In this document: piece by piece, positions 1-8,543 of the stretch
Layout of the letters: each line of letters begins with the position of its first letter
Numbering within the stretch: the first letter of the stretch is position 1
Assembly (NCBI GenBank): GCA_016191165.1
Contig: JACPPF010000050.1
Span: 2,088-66,087 of the forward strand
Source: Planctomycetota bacterium
GTDB taxonomy: Bacteria > Planctomycetota > Planctomycetia > Gemmatales > Gemmataceae
Reading direction: 5' to 3'
Length of the DNA stretch: 64,000 bases
Translations under genes and position numbers: made by a program
Notes under the pieces: model-generated
Databases searched by the model: none
Seen by the model: the letters and a program-made list of their open reading frames with translations, nothing else
What the model was told of the DNA's origin: nothing

Positions 1-275
1 ACTTCTGCGACATGGTCAAGATTGCCCGCGAGATGGCGTCCGAGGCCGACCTCCAGATGCGCATGCAGGGCATCGTCCTTCTAGGCGCTTTCCTCAAGCT
101 GACGCCCTATTCCAGGGACAGCAATATGACCGAGGAGCAGGTCTACGAAGGAGTCGAAAAAGCGCTCAACAAGTACTTCGGCAAACGCGGCGCCCGCGTC
201 GTGCAAGATAACCTCAACTGCGTCAAACGCGGCTACAAGGAAACCCAGGAAATCCCCGCGTCTCTCATGAAGTAA
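1..275 (+). CDS. 3' end of a pyruvate:ferredoxin/flavodoxin oxidoreductase (PFOR)-family ORF (domain III-like part); 5' end lies outside the window
   Basis: Frame is open from the window edge to TAA at 273-275. The tail (GIVLLGAFLKLTP...VEKALNKYFGKRGARVVQDNLNCVKRGY) resembles the end of PFOR domain III. The ferredoxin+TPP half follows directly. Confidence 0.7.
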   Translation, partial: FCDMVKIAREMASEADLQMRMQGIVLLGAFLKLTPYSRDSNMTEEQVYEGVEKALNKYFGKRGARVVQDNLNCVKRGYKETQEIPASLMK

Positions 276-295
276 TCAACCGAAAATCACTCTTC

Positions 296-351
296 GTTTA
301 GCGCTCGCGGTGAAACGCCAGTTGCCTGGCGCCTCACGGCGGGCGCTAAAC
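296..351. repeat. family B palindrome (GTTTAGCGC...GCGCTAAAC) in the gap between the two PFOR ORFs
   Basis: The arms GTTTAGCGCTCGCGG / CGGCGGGCGCTAAAC are related to the copies at 35805, 56178 and 59698. Confidence 0.75.
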
Positions 352-381
352 AAGAAGGAAATCATTCAGGAGCATTTCGAT

Positions 382-2022
382 ATGGTAGCACCCGCGGCCC
401 CATCCATGAACGAAGCCAACGAGCGCGATCCGTACAACAACAATAGTTACGGCACGACCGTTGATCTGCAATATCGCCTCGTCAACCTGCCCGTCCTCGA
501 TGTCAACGACTTCAACGAGCGCATCATCCGCGGCTACGAGGAAGGCTGGGGCGAACGCGACCTGCCCGCGGACCTCTCCGTGGCGCGCTCGCTGGTCCCC
601 GCCGGCACCGCGACCCTGCGCGATTTCAGCAACATCTCGCCGGAAATCCCGGAATACATACCCGACAATTGCACCGGCTGCATGGACTGCGTCACCGAAT
701 GCCCGGACACCGCCATCCTCGGCAAGGTCATGTCCGAGACCGAGTGGAACGCGAAGATGGAAACCATTCCCGAAGTCGACCGCGAACGCTTCAAGAAGGA
801 ATGGTCCAAGACCAAAAAATACTATGACGCCTACAAGAAAAAGCTCGGCGACGGCGGCATGTTCAACATCATTATCGACCCGTCGAAATGCAAGGGCTGT
901 GCCGAGTGCGTGACCGTGTGCGATGACGACGCCCTGAAGATGATCCAGAAAAACGACAGCGTGATGACCTGGTCGCGCAAGGCGCATCGCTACTTCAAGA
1001 ACATCGGCCCATCGAATGAAAAATACATCAACGAAAGCCTGCTCATCGACATGATGCTCAAGGAAAAGACGCATCTCTACGTCGGCGGCGCCGGGTCCTG
1101 TGCCGGCTGCGGCGAAGGCACCGCCCTGCGTATGCTCTGCTCCGCGACCGGCGCCAAATATGGCGACCAGTGGGCCCTCGTCGCCGCCACCGGCTGCAAC
1201 ACGGTCTACACTTCGACGTATCCCTATAACCCGTACCTCGTGCCGTGGACCAATTCACTTTTCGAAAACGCCCCGGCCGACGCCATCGGCGTTCGTATGC
1301 GTTGGGACCAGATGGGCTGGCACGACAAGCCGATCTGGTGCATCGGCGGCGACGGCGCCATGTTCGACATCGGCTTCCAGGCCCTCTCGCGCCTCTTCGC
1401 CTCCGGCATGAACGTCAAGGTCTTCGTCCTCGACACCCAGGTCTATTCCAACACCGGCGGGCAGGCGTCGACCTCCACCTACACGGGCCAAAACACCAAG
1501 ATGAGCGTGCATGGCAAGAGCTTCGGCGGCAAGCAAGAACGCCGCAAGGAGATCGCCCAGATCGCCATGATGCACCCGCGCACCTATGTCGCGCAGACGA
1601 CCTGCGCCCACATCAACCACTTCTACAAGGCCGTGATTGGCGCGTTGGAATTTGACGGCCCCGCCATCGTCGTTTGCTACACCACCTGCCAGCCGGAGCA
1701 CGGCGTAGCCGACAACATGGCCGGGGAACAGGCCCGCCTTGCCGTGGATAGCCGGGCGTTTCCCCTGCTCGTCTTCGACCCGCGCAAGGGCGACAAGGTC
1801 AAGGACAAGCTCACGCTCCAGGGCAACCCGGCCGTCAAGGACGATTGGTTCAAGAACCCGAAGACCAACGAGGAAGTCACCTTCATCGATTTCGCCCGCA
1901 GCGAAGGCCGATTTTCCAAGCACTTCGACAAGGACGGCAACCCGTCGGAACTGCTCCTCTACGCAAAGCAGGACCGCCTGGAGAACTGGCACTTGCTGCA
2001 AGAGCTGGCCGGGATTCGTTAA
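382..2022 (+). CDS. PFOR-family protein, C-terminal half (2x[4Fe-4S] ferredoxin domain + TPP-binding domain)
   Basis: Two CxxCxxCxxxCP motifs (CTGCMDCVTECP, CKGCAECVTVCD). TPP motif GGDGAMFDIGFQAL...VLDTQVYSNTGGQ. AGGAG sits 9 nt upstream of ATG 382; the ORF track starts at GTG 310. Confidence 0.9.
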   Translation: MVAPAAPSMNEANERDPYNNNSYGTTVDLQYRLVNLPVLDVNDFNERIIRGYEEGWGERDLPADLSVARSLVPAGTATLRDFSNISPEIPEYIPDNCTGCMDCVTECPDTAILGKVMSETEWNAKMETIPEVDRERFKKEWSKTKKYYDAYKKKLGDGGMFNIIIDPSKCKGCAECVTVCDDDALKMIQKNDSVMTWSRKAHRYFKNIGPSNEKYINESLLIDMMLKEKTHLYVGGAGSCAGCGEGTALRMLCSATGAKYGDQWALVAATGCNTVYTSTYPYNPYLVPWTNSLFENAPADAIGVRMRWDQMGWHDKPIWCIGGDGAMFDIGFQALSRLFASGMNVKVFVLDTQVYSNTGGQASTSTYTGQNTKMSVHGKSFGGKQERRKEIAQIAMMHPRTYVAQTTCAHINHFYKAVIGALEFDGPAIVVCYTTCQPEHGVADNMAGEQARLAVDSRAFPLLVFDPRKGDKVKDKLTLQGNPAVKDDWFKNPKTNEEVTFIDFARSEGRFSKHFDKDGNPSELLLYAKQDRLENWHLLQELAGIR

Positions 2023-2024
2023 TC

Positions 2025-2097
2025 AACCAGCCCCACGCGCCAGCGTGGGGATTTGTCGCGATACTTCACCACCCCACGCTGGCGCGTGGGGCTGGTT
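2025..2097. repeat. nested palindrome: perfect 26-bp arms AACCAGCCCCACGCGCCAGCGTGGGG / CCCCACGCTGGCGCGTGGGGCTGGTT
   Basis: Each arm is also a hairpin (CCCCACGC..GCGTGGGG). Lies directly after the PFOR stop. Confidence 0.9.
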
Positions 2098-2109
2098 AGT
2101 GGGGTTGCC

Positions 2110-2421
2110 ATGTCCACCCCTCTCGCCACGCATGACTTCACCACCCTCGACGCCGCACGCGATTTCCTCAAACGTACGCGCGCCGAACTTCGTCAGTTGC
2201 GCAAAGCACGCATCTGGAAAGACAAGCTGCACATCATCGACGTGAACAAGGATTGCTTCGAGATTCGTGGCATCGGCTATCCCGACGCGGATATTGTGCC
2301 ACTTTTGCGCATGGTCAACACCGCGTTTGATCCGACGAAGATTCACGACCCAATCGACTTTGAATACAAGGAATTCGACACCGGACGCCGCCACTGCTGG
2401 GCGGAGGATCGGGTGATGTAA
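2110..2421 (+). CDS. hypothetical protein (103 aa from ATG 2110; ORF opens at 2053)
   Basis: Open frame ending 12 nt before the DUF3800 gene, so probably co-transcribed. I recognise no motif. Confidence 0.45.
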   Translation: MSTPLATHDFTTLDAARDFLKRTRAELRQLRKARIWKDKLHIIDVNKDCFEIRGIGYPDADIVPLLRMVNTAFDPTKIHDPIDFEYKEFDTGRRHCWAEDRVM

Positions 2422-2433
2422 AGGGCCTACGAT

Positions 2434-3252
2434 ATGTCACGGTTTCGCATTTTCGTTGACGAGGCGGGAACACACGGTGAAGAATGGCTGATCATAGGGA
2501 TGCTTTTTGTACCCGATCACGGCTCTCTGCACTCGGATCTCTGTAAAGCGAAGGATAACCATTCCTACTTCAACAGGTCTCCAAAATACTCCTCGACTTA
2601 TAAGGAGACGCACCTCGCAAAATTCAGGTCCCGGTACGACTTGGCCGTTGGCAAGGAATGGGTGGACCTGTTCATCAAACACACATGCTATTTCAGGTGC
2701 GTCGTAATCGATTGGGCAATTTGGGATGGAGTTTATTTTGGAGGAGCCTTTGAACCTGAGCCTCTGAAGAAACGGCGGGCATACAAAAAGTGGGCTGAAA
2801 TGCTGTTGCATCCGGAGATAAGAGAACCTTGCCTGGGCAAGCCGATCTACCATGCAAAGCTTTACTTGGACCGACTGCGCATCATGTATACTTACGACGT
2901 ACTTGAACACCTTGAAGAGAGATTCAAAAAGAATTACCAAGGCGAATCACCGTACATCGAAGAGTTTCAGCATACGGATTCCTGGAAAGATGCCAACCAA
3001 TGCCTTCAGTTATGCGATTTGCTCACCGGTTGCCAATATCAGGCACTTGTTCCATCCACAAATCAAGAAAAACTCGCTATGCGGGATTACCTAGCATTGG
3101 CGTTAAGGCCCTTCGGTGTCAAACGTTTGGATCCTAGTTTCTGGCGTGGATACGCATCAACGACGCTGACGAAGAATTTCCCGAAGTTTAGTTCGTGGTT
3201 CTGGAGGCCGACCGAAGAAGGAAAAAAAAGGGTGAAAAGAAATAGGCATTGA
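2434..3252 (+). CDS. DUF3800-family protein
   Basis: N-terminal RIFVDEAGT motif typical of DUF3800. GC is clearly lower (about 48% by eye) than the flanks. Confidence 0.7.
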   Translation: MSRFRIFVDEAGTHGEEWLIIGMLFVPDHGSLHSDLCKAKDNHSYFNRSPKYSSTYKETHLAKFRSRYDLAVGKEWVDLFIKHTCYFRCVVIDWAIWDGVYFGGAFEPEPLKKRRAYKKWAEMLLHPEIREPCLGKPIYHAKLYLDRLRIMYTYDVLEHLEERFKKNYQGESPYIEEFQHTDSWKDANQCLQLCDLLTGCQYQALVPSTNQEKLAMRDYLALALRPFGVKRLDPSFWRGYASTTLTKNFPKFSSWFWRPTEEGKKRVKRNRH

Positions 3253-3468
3253 CCAAACAAAAACCGAAACCTGGATGGGCTGGTTGTCAATGGCGATCCG
3301 GCAAAACCAAATCCCTCGACCAGCGCTCCAGGTCTCCTAGTTGATTATACAATCGATTGCATAATTGTCAAGCACAAATGGTGTTCCTTTCCGCTGTCCC
3401 ATTGTCATAACTGATTAATTGATATCAGGTTGTGAGAACGCCTGACTAAACTCGCTGTGAGACCTCGC

Positions 3469-3705
3469 TCACCCCGGCCCGCTGCCATAGATATGCTGGA
3501 TCGGCGTCTTGTGCCCCCACGCGATCTGCTCGCGCGTCAAACCGAATGCCGCGGCGATGCGGTCGCGCTCCGCGGGGCTCGGCGTCCAGCGGCCCAGGAC
3601 GATTGCCAGCACGCGCTGTTCATCGACGTTCGAGAGCTCCGCGAGCTTCTTGATGTCGATCTTGTGCTCCACGCACAAATCTTCCACGGTTTTCAAGCCT
3701 TCCAT
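3469..3705 (-). CDS. small helix-turn-helix-like protein (78 aa), paralog 1
   Basis: The pattern KTVEDLC..IDIKKLAELSNVDEQRV is HTH-like. It shares an identical 21-aa core, GRWTPSPAERDRIAAAFGLTR, with the neighbouring ORF. Confidence 0.65.
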   Translation of the reverse strand: MEGLKTVEDLCVEHKIDIKKLAELSNVDEQRVLAIVLGRWTPSPAERDRIAAAFGLTREQIAWGHKTPIQHIYGSGPG

Positions 3706-3715
3706 TGTCGTTTGC

Positions 3716-3752
3716 TCCCCTCACCCGCAACCCCTCTCCCGGTGGGAGAGCG
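3716..3752. repeat. family G element (CCCTCACCC / CCCTCTCCC..GGGAGAG)
   Basis: Lies between the two HTH paralogs. Contains the hairpin CTCTCCC-GGT-GGGAGAG. Confidence 0.7.
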
Positions 3753-3761
3753 CGAGAACGG

Positions 3762-4013
3762 TCATGGACTTCTGCCAAACTGAGGCCCGTGGCCATGAAT
3801 GTGCGAGATGATCGTCTTGTGTCCCCAGGCGATCTCGTCGCGCGTCAGGCCGAAGGCGGCGGCGATGCGATCGCGCTCCGCGGGGCTCGGCGTCCAACGG
3901 CCCTCGGCAATCGCTTTCACGCGCGCCTCGTCCAGGTTGGCGAGCGACGCAAGCTTGGCGGCGTCGATGCCTTTCTCCGCACAGAGTTCATCCACGGTTT
4001 TCGCGTGTTCCAT
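3762..4013 (-). CDS. small helix-turn-helix-like protein (83 aa), paralog 2
   Basis: Tandem paralog of 3469-3705. Nucleotide similarity is also high across the conserved core. Confidence 0.65.
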   Translation of the reverse strand: MEHAKTVDELCAEKGIDAAKLASLANLDEARVKAIAEGRWTPSPAERDRIAAAFGLTRDEIAWGHKTIISHIHGHGPQFGRSP

Positions 4014-4022
4014 TCTGTTATT

Positions 4023-5213
4023 CTATGCAAAGAGGCCCGCGGCCCGCAGCATCTCCTCGTCCGTGTTGTAAAAATGCGGCGCGATCCGCAGATACCCGCC
4101 GCGCTCCGTCGTGATGACGCTTTCCTTCAACAGCAATCGCCGCAGCGCGTTGGCGTCCCCTGAAACGATCAGCGACAAAATCGGCGAACGCCCTTCCTCC
4201 GGCGCGAACACGGGCCGAAATCGTGTGCGATCCACAGCGTTCAAGAAAACGTCTTGCAGCCGAAAGATCTCGCCGCGAATCGCCTCCACGCCATAGCGCA
4301 GCGGCGCCTCACGAATGCACGCTTCGAGCGCCGCCGCCAAGGCAATGGGCGACGTGCTGTATTCGAATCGCTTGGCCGAGTCGAACGGGTTCCATGTATG
4401 ATCGAGGTAATCGGTCCCTTGCCGCATCGTTTCGGCGCCGACCAAGACCGGTTGCAACTTCGCGCGAAAGTTCTTTGACGTGTAGAGCAGGCCGCACCCG
4501 ATGGGGCCCATGAGCCACTTCCAGCCTGACGACACGACCGCGGCGATGTTCCATTCGTCCGGCTCGATGGGCAAAACGCCCAGGCTCTGGGCGGCGTCCA
4601 CGACCAGATCGATTTCCCGGGCCGAACAAAAGTCGGCAAGCGATTTCAGGTCGGCCGCGAACCCACTCGCGAACTGCACATGGCTGAGGGCGACGATGCG
4701 CGTCCTCGGGGTGACGCGTTGTTCCAGATCGCCCATGCTCCAGGCGACCGGCCGGAAAGTAGGCCTCACGCTGCGCGTGAGGGATTCGTCACACGGCGTG
4801 TGACGCCTACCTTCCGAATCGCAATCGGGCAGCAACACCAACTCCACGCCGCGCCGCTCTTGCAGTTTCCACGGATAATGATTGGCGGGGTACTCGTGAA
4901 CGTAGCTGATGACCTGATCGCCCGGCTCAAACGGATAGCCCGCCGCGATCAGGCCGATGCCCTCGGTCGTGTTCTTGACGAACGCCAGGTTGTCCGGCGT
5001 GGTCTTCAGGAGCTGGGCCGCGGCATCGCGCAGGCCATCGAGGATCGGATCGTATCGGCCGAAAACCAGCGCCCCGGTCAGGCATTGCGCCTGGGCGACC
5101 TCGGTCATTTTGCCCAGTCCGCCGCTGTAGAGTGGCGCAATGCCGCAATGGGAAAGGAACGCGTAGCGATCCTTGATGGGAAACAGGGTGGGGCTTTTGT
5201 CAAACATTGCCAC
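4023..5213 (-). CDS. aminotransferase class V / cysteine-desulfurase-like PLP enzyme
   Basis: Class V fold pattern with a candidate PLP lysine in SSGWKWLMGPIGCGLLY. GTG start at 5213 or ATG at 5207. Confidence 0.8.
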   Translation of the reverse strand: MAMFDKSPTLFPIKDRYAFLSHCGIAPLYSGGLGKMTEVAQAQCLTGALVFGRYDPILDGLRDAAAQLLKTTPDNLAFVKNTTEGIGLIAAGYPFEPGDQVISYVHEYPANHYPWKLQERRGVELVLLPDCDSEGRRHTPCDESLTRSVRPTFRPVAWSMGDLEQRVTPRTRIVALSHVQFASGFAADLKSLADFCSAREIDLVVDAAQSLGVLPIEPDEWNIAAVVSSGWKWLMGPIGCGLLYTSKNFRAKLQPVLVGAETMRQGTDYLDHTWNPFDSAKRFEYSTSPIALAAALEACIREAPLRYGVEAIRGEIFRLQDVFLNAVDRTRFRPVFAPEEGRSPILSLIVSGDANALRRLLLKESVITTERGGYLRIAPHFYNTDEEMLRAAGLFA

Positions 5214-5231
5214 GCTTCGTCCTGGTGGGAT

Positions 5232-6806
5232 TCATTTTTTTTCTTTCTTCACCGGGTAGGCATGGGCGCGTTTGCGCAGGATTTCCGCGCTGACCAACAG
5301 GTCGCCGGGGATGATACGCCCGAACACGCCGACGTTGCGCGTGGTTCGCCCGCGTGTGATGTTGTCGACGGCTTCCTGGCCTTTGAGTACGCGGCCAAAG
5401 ACGGTGACCTCGCCGTGCATGTCGCGCCGTGGGGAAAGGGTGAAGAAGAACTGGCTGCCGGCCGAGCGCGGTCCGTTGGGCAGCATGGCGAGCGAGCCGC
5501 GAAAGAGGCGGCGCGCTTTTGGCGCTTGATGTTCAGCGGGAATCACGTGGCCTGGGCCGCCCATGCCGTCGTCGGCCGGGTCGGCGTTTTTCGTGTTCGG
5601 GTCGCCGCCGACCGCCATGACCGTGGCAATTGCCAGATGAAAGCTTGTCCCGTCGTAAAATCCCCGCCCGACCAGGTCAAGGAAATTCGCGACGGTGTTC
5701 GGCGCCTCATTCTCAAACAACTCGAGAATCACTTCCTCCTTGCCCGTACTCTCGATGGTCGCGAGTTGTTGGCCCGCAGCATCCTTGGCGAATCGGCGAT
5801 GCTCGATGACCAGACGGACGCGAGGCAAATCGTCCGCCTTGGTCTCGGCCAGGCGCACCTTTTCCTCAACGGCCCACTGCGCCTGCAACTCCACGGCCTC
5901 GCTTCTTAGGGTCCTGGCCCAGCCCGTCAGTCCGGTGGGAAATGCCGCATCGAGACGTCCGATGAGCTGTTCAAGTCGATTGGTGCTTGCCGCGGCGCGC
6001 ATGTAGGCGTGCCAGAGGTAACGATCGTTGCCATGCGCATCGAGCGCTAGCGTGGCCGTTCGTTCCGCCTCGGCGAACTGGTTGGATTCAAACTGCGTGC
6101 GTGCCAGGCTGCCCAGGAGCCGCGGTGTTTTCAAGCCGCGCGCGGCGGCGAACTGCAAGTGCGGGTACACCTCCTCCGGCGCGCCCCCCACGAGCATCAG
6201 CACCTCGCCTGCCAGCCAGCGCGGCGCCGGATCGACGGGCCGCGCGATCTTGGCCTGCCCGAGCGCCTTCTCCAGGAGGACCGCGGTCTGGTCGAATTGC
6301 TCCGACAGGCGTTCGCGCTCGGCATTGATTTTTGCCGGCGGAGTCTCTCCGGGCTTTTTTCGAGCGTCCTGGTTGAGCTGATCGAGTTGGGCGCGGACCT
6401 CCAGCAGGGAATTGAAATGCCTTTCCAGTTCCTGGTTTGACAGGGCGCCCTTGGTCGGCGGGGTTTCCTTGTCGTCATCTTTTTGCTGAAACTCGCTCAG
6501 AAACGTGTCATCGTCTTCGCTCTTCTTGGTTGCCGATTTCGGCTTCGGTTGAGCGATTGGCCCGGGCGGTTTGGCTTTTTGCTCTGGATGGTCGTCGGCG
6601 AAAGCGTCGTCGTCGTTGTTCGACCGGACCCAAACGCGATACGAGATGCTCAAGGCCACGGCGGCGATGGACGCGACGGTCACCCAGGTTTGCCACGGCT
6701 TCCAGCTGACCGCGGGCGGACCGGCATCGGCCGGTTGTTTCGCATCACGGTCCGTTTGTTTTCGCTTGGTCATCGATCCTCTCCGGGTCTCATCGATGCG
6801 TTTCAT
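5232..6806 (-). CDS. membrane-anchored cyclophilin-type peptidyl-prolyl isomerase with a long helical N-terminal region
   Basis: C-terminal cyclophilin signature NTVANFLDLVGRGFYDGTSFH...GSQFFFTL...VFGRV. One TM segment (WVTVASIAAVALSISY). Confidence 0.85.
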   Translation of the reverse strand: MKRIDETRRGSMTKRKQTDRDAKQPADAGPPAVSWKPWQTWVTVASIAAVALSISYRVWVRSNNDDDAFADDHPEQKAKPPGPIAQPKPKSATKKSEDDDTFLSEFQQKDDDKETPPTKGALSNQELERHFNSLLEVRAQLDQLNQDARKKPGETPPAKINAERERLSEQFDQTAVLLEKALGQAKIARPVDPAPRWLAGEVLMLVGGAPEEVYPHLQFAAARGLKTPRLLGSLARTQFESNQFAEAERTATLALDAHGNDRYLWHAYMRAAASTNRLEQLIGRLDAAFPTGLTGWARTLRSEAVELQAQWAVEEKVRLAETKADDLPRVRLVIEHRRFAKDAAGQQLATIESTGKEEVILELFENEAPNTVANFLDLVGRGFYDGTSFHLAIATVMAVGGDPNTKNADPADDGMGGPGHVIPAEHQAPKARRLFRGSLAMLPNGPRSAGSQFFFTLSPRRDMHGEVTVFGRVLKGQEAVDNITRGRTTRNVGVFGRIIPGDLLVSAEILRKRAHAYPVKKEKK

Positions 6807-8046
6807 GGCACGATGCGCATTGCCCTGCCAGCATGACCAGGGCGCGACGTGCCACCGCGTAGTCCCGCCTGTCAGCCGCGTTCACGATCGCCTCGGCGGC
6901 GGCTGAATAGGCGCGGGCATGGGACTTCCAGTGGTCCGCGGATCCTTTGGGTGGCGGTTGGCGTTCTAGCCAGACCCCCGATTCCGCGATCAGCGACGCA
7001 TGGGCGCGGATGCGCTGCCATTGCTTGACCGTGTTGGGTTTTTGTTCCAGCAACCGGCTCAGCACGCCGCGCACGCCAGCCGGTTCGTTCACCGCGCGCA
7101 TGAGGTCGGCAATCGTCGCCACCGACGTTCCGCCCGGTTCCGGTGCGACGTTCACGCGACCGGCGTCCTCCACGTGCTTTTCCAGAAAGTTGTAAATCTC
7201 CACCCAGGCGTCCTCGGCCGCGTCGTGCGAATAGGTTTTACTTTCCGCCGGCCCGAGAAAGCCGGCCTGAACTTTGGCGGGAATGTGGGTCTTGCAGGCG
7301 ACGTGCTTGCGAAAGGCCGAGAGGGCTTTTTTGGTCCTTATGTCCTTTTCCCCGAACACACCCAGGATCGGCGTTTCACGTAAACCTGAAAGCAGGGCTG
7401 GGTCGGTCGGTATGGAAGCGTCGCAAACGACGCATGCTTGCACCGCCGTCGCCGATGCCAGGGCCAGCGCCTGCCCGCCGCTCCAGCCCCAGGCGAGCAC
7501 GCCCAGGCGGTTCGGCAGAACCTCGTTCCGCCCGCGCAGCCAGCGCACCGCGGCCTGCAATTCCGCGAGACTGGCCTCGTCGGTAAATGCGCCGCCAGCG
7601 CCGCGCAAAGCCGCCAAGCGGCGGCGATGTAGATTTACCAGCAGCACTTCATAACCGATGCTCGCCAGGTGCCGGGCGTTGAGCTTCATCCAGTCGGTCC
7701 ACTGGTCCTGATCGTGGATCATCAGCACGGCGGGTAACTTGGACAGTTGCAGGGGGCGAACCCAAAATCCTTTCACCGCGCCGACGGGACTCGGAAACCG
7801 CACTTCTTTCTGGATCAGGCGAACTTCTCGGTCGGCCAGAAAATCGTCCAGGAACAAGGGCAACGGTTTTGCTTTGCCAGCGGACTTGAACTCGTCCAGG
7901 AACGATGGCAAGTCGCGAGGCTTGCCCTTTGACGCAGCCTTCTGATCCCCGCCGGCCATGGCGAGCGCAAGGCCAATGGCGCCGAGCAAGGCGACCGCGG
8001 CCCCTGCGCTATTCCACCAGCAAATCGATCGCGGAGAAATGTTCAT
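6790..8046 (-). CDS. dienelactone-hydrolase-family domain fused to a C-terminal class II (cytochrome c'-like) haem-binding domain
   Basis: Signal anchor. Alpha/beta hydrolase nucleophile elbow GWSGG. Helical C-terminal about 110 aa ending in CASCHETHR (CxxCH at the extreme C-terminus, as in class II cytochromes c). Confidence 0.7.
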   Translation of the reverse strand: MNISPRSICWWNSAGAAVALLGAIGLALAMAGGDQKAASKGKPRDLPSFLDEFKSAGKAKPLPLFLDDFLADREVRLIQKEVRFPSPVGAVKGFWVRPLQLSKLPAVLMIHDQDQWTDWMKLNARHLASIGYEVLLVNLHRRRLAALRGAGGAFTDEASLAELQAAVRWLRGRNEVLPNRLGVLAWGWSGGQALALASATAVQACVVCDASIPTDPALLSGLRETPILGVFGEKDIRTKKALSAFRKHVACKTHIPAKVQAGFLGPAESKTYSHDAAEDAWVEIYNFLEKHVEDAGRVNVAPEPGGTSVATIADLMRAVNEPAGVRGVLSRLLEQKPNTVKQWQRIRAHASLIAESGVWLERQPPPKGSADHWKSHARAYSAAAEAIVNAADRRDYAVARRALVMLAGQCASCHETHR

Positions 8047-8512
8047 GGTCGCTCTTGGTGTTCTTGGTTTGCACGCGCAACAAATAGACGCCGGGAGTGT
8101 CGAGCCTGAATGCGACGCGCGCCCCGACTCGGCCCTTGGGCTTGAGGTTCATGGTGAAGCGGCCCTCGGTCACCATTCCCTTGTCGAGGGCCGGCAGTTT
8201 CTTTTGGCCGAGCTTTTCGGCGCGCACCACGAAGTAGCGAATCGTGACGTTCTTCAGCTCCCCGTGCGGATAAATGTTGGTGAGGATGAATTGTAGCGCG
8301 AGGGGTTCGTTGACCTTGGCGCGAAAGACAGGCCGCGGGTTGATGCCGCCCAACGGCGGCTCCTCGTCCGAGGCGGCCGCGGTTTCATCGCGAGCCTTCG
8401 ACGCCTCGGCATCGACGCGGAAGACGCGCAGCTTGATATTGGCATGCTCGGCCTGCGCGCTCAAGGGCCAGACGGCCAGCGCTGCAATGAGCATCAAGAA
8501 ACGCCATCCCAT
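8009..8512 (-). CDS. secreted hypothetical protein, paralog B
   Basis: Signal peptide MGWRFLMLIAALAVWPLSAQA. The C-terminal block GVYLLRVQTKN...FSAIDLLVE is shared with the upstream ORF. Confidence 0.6.
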   Translation of the reverse strand: MGWRFLMLIAALAVWPLSAQAEHANIKLRVFRVDAEASKARDETAAASDEEPPLGGINPRPVFRAKVNEPLALQFILTNIYPHGELKNVTIRYFVVRAEKLGQKKLPALDKGMVTEGRFTMNLKPKGRVGARVAFRLDTPGVYLLRVQTKNTKSDHEHFSAIDLLVE

Positions 8513-8543
8513 GTATACCTCCACGCGCGGTAACCATTTCGTT

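Noticed and set aside
4680-5909. 409-aa plus-strand ORF spanning the aminotransferase/cyclophilin junction
   Set aside because: It is antisense to two genes with clear PLP-enzyme and cyclophilin signatures, and has no motifs of its own.
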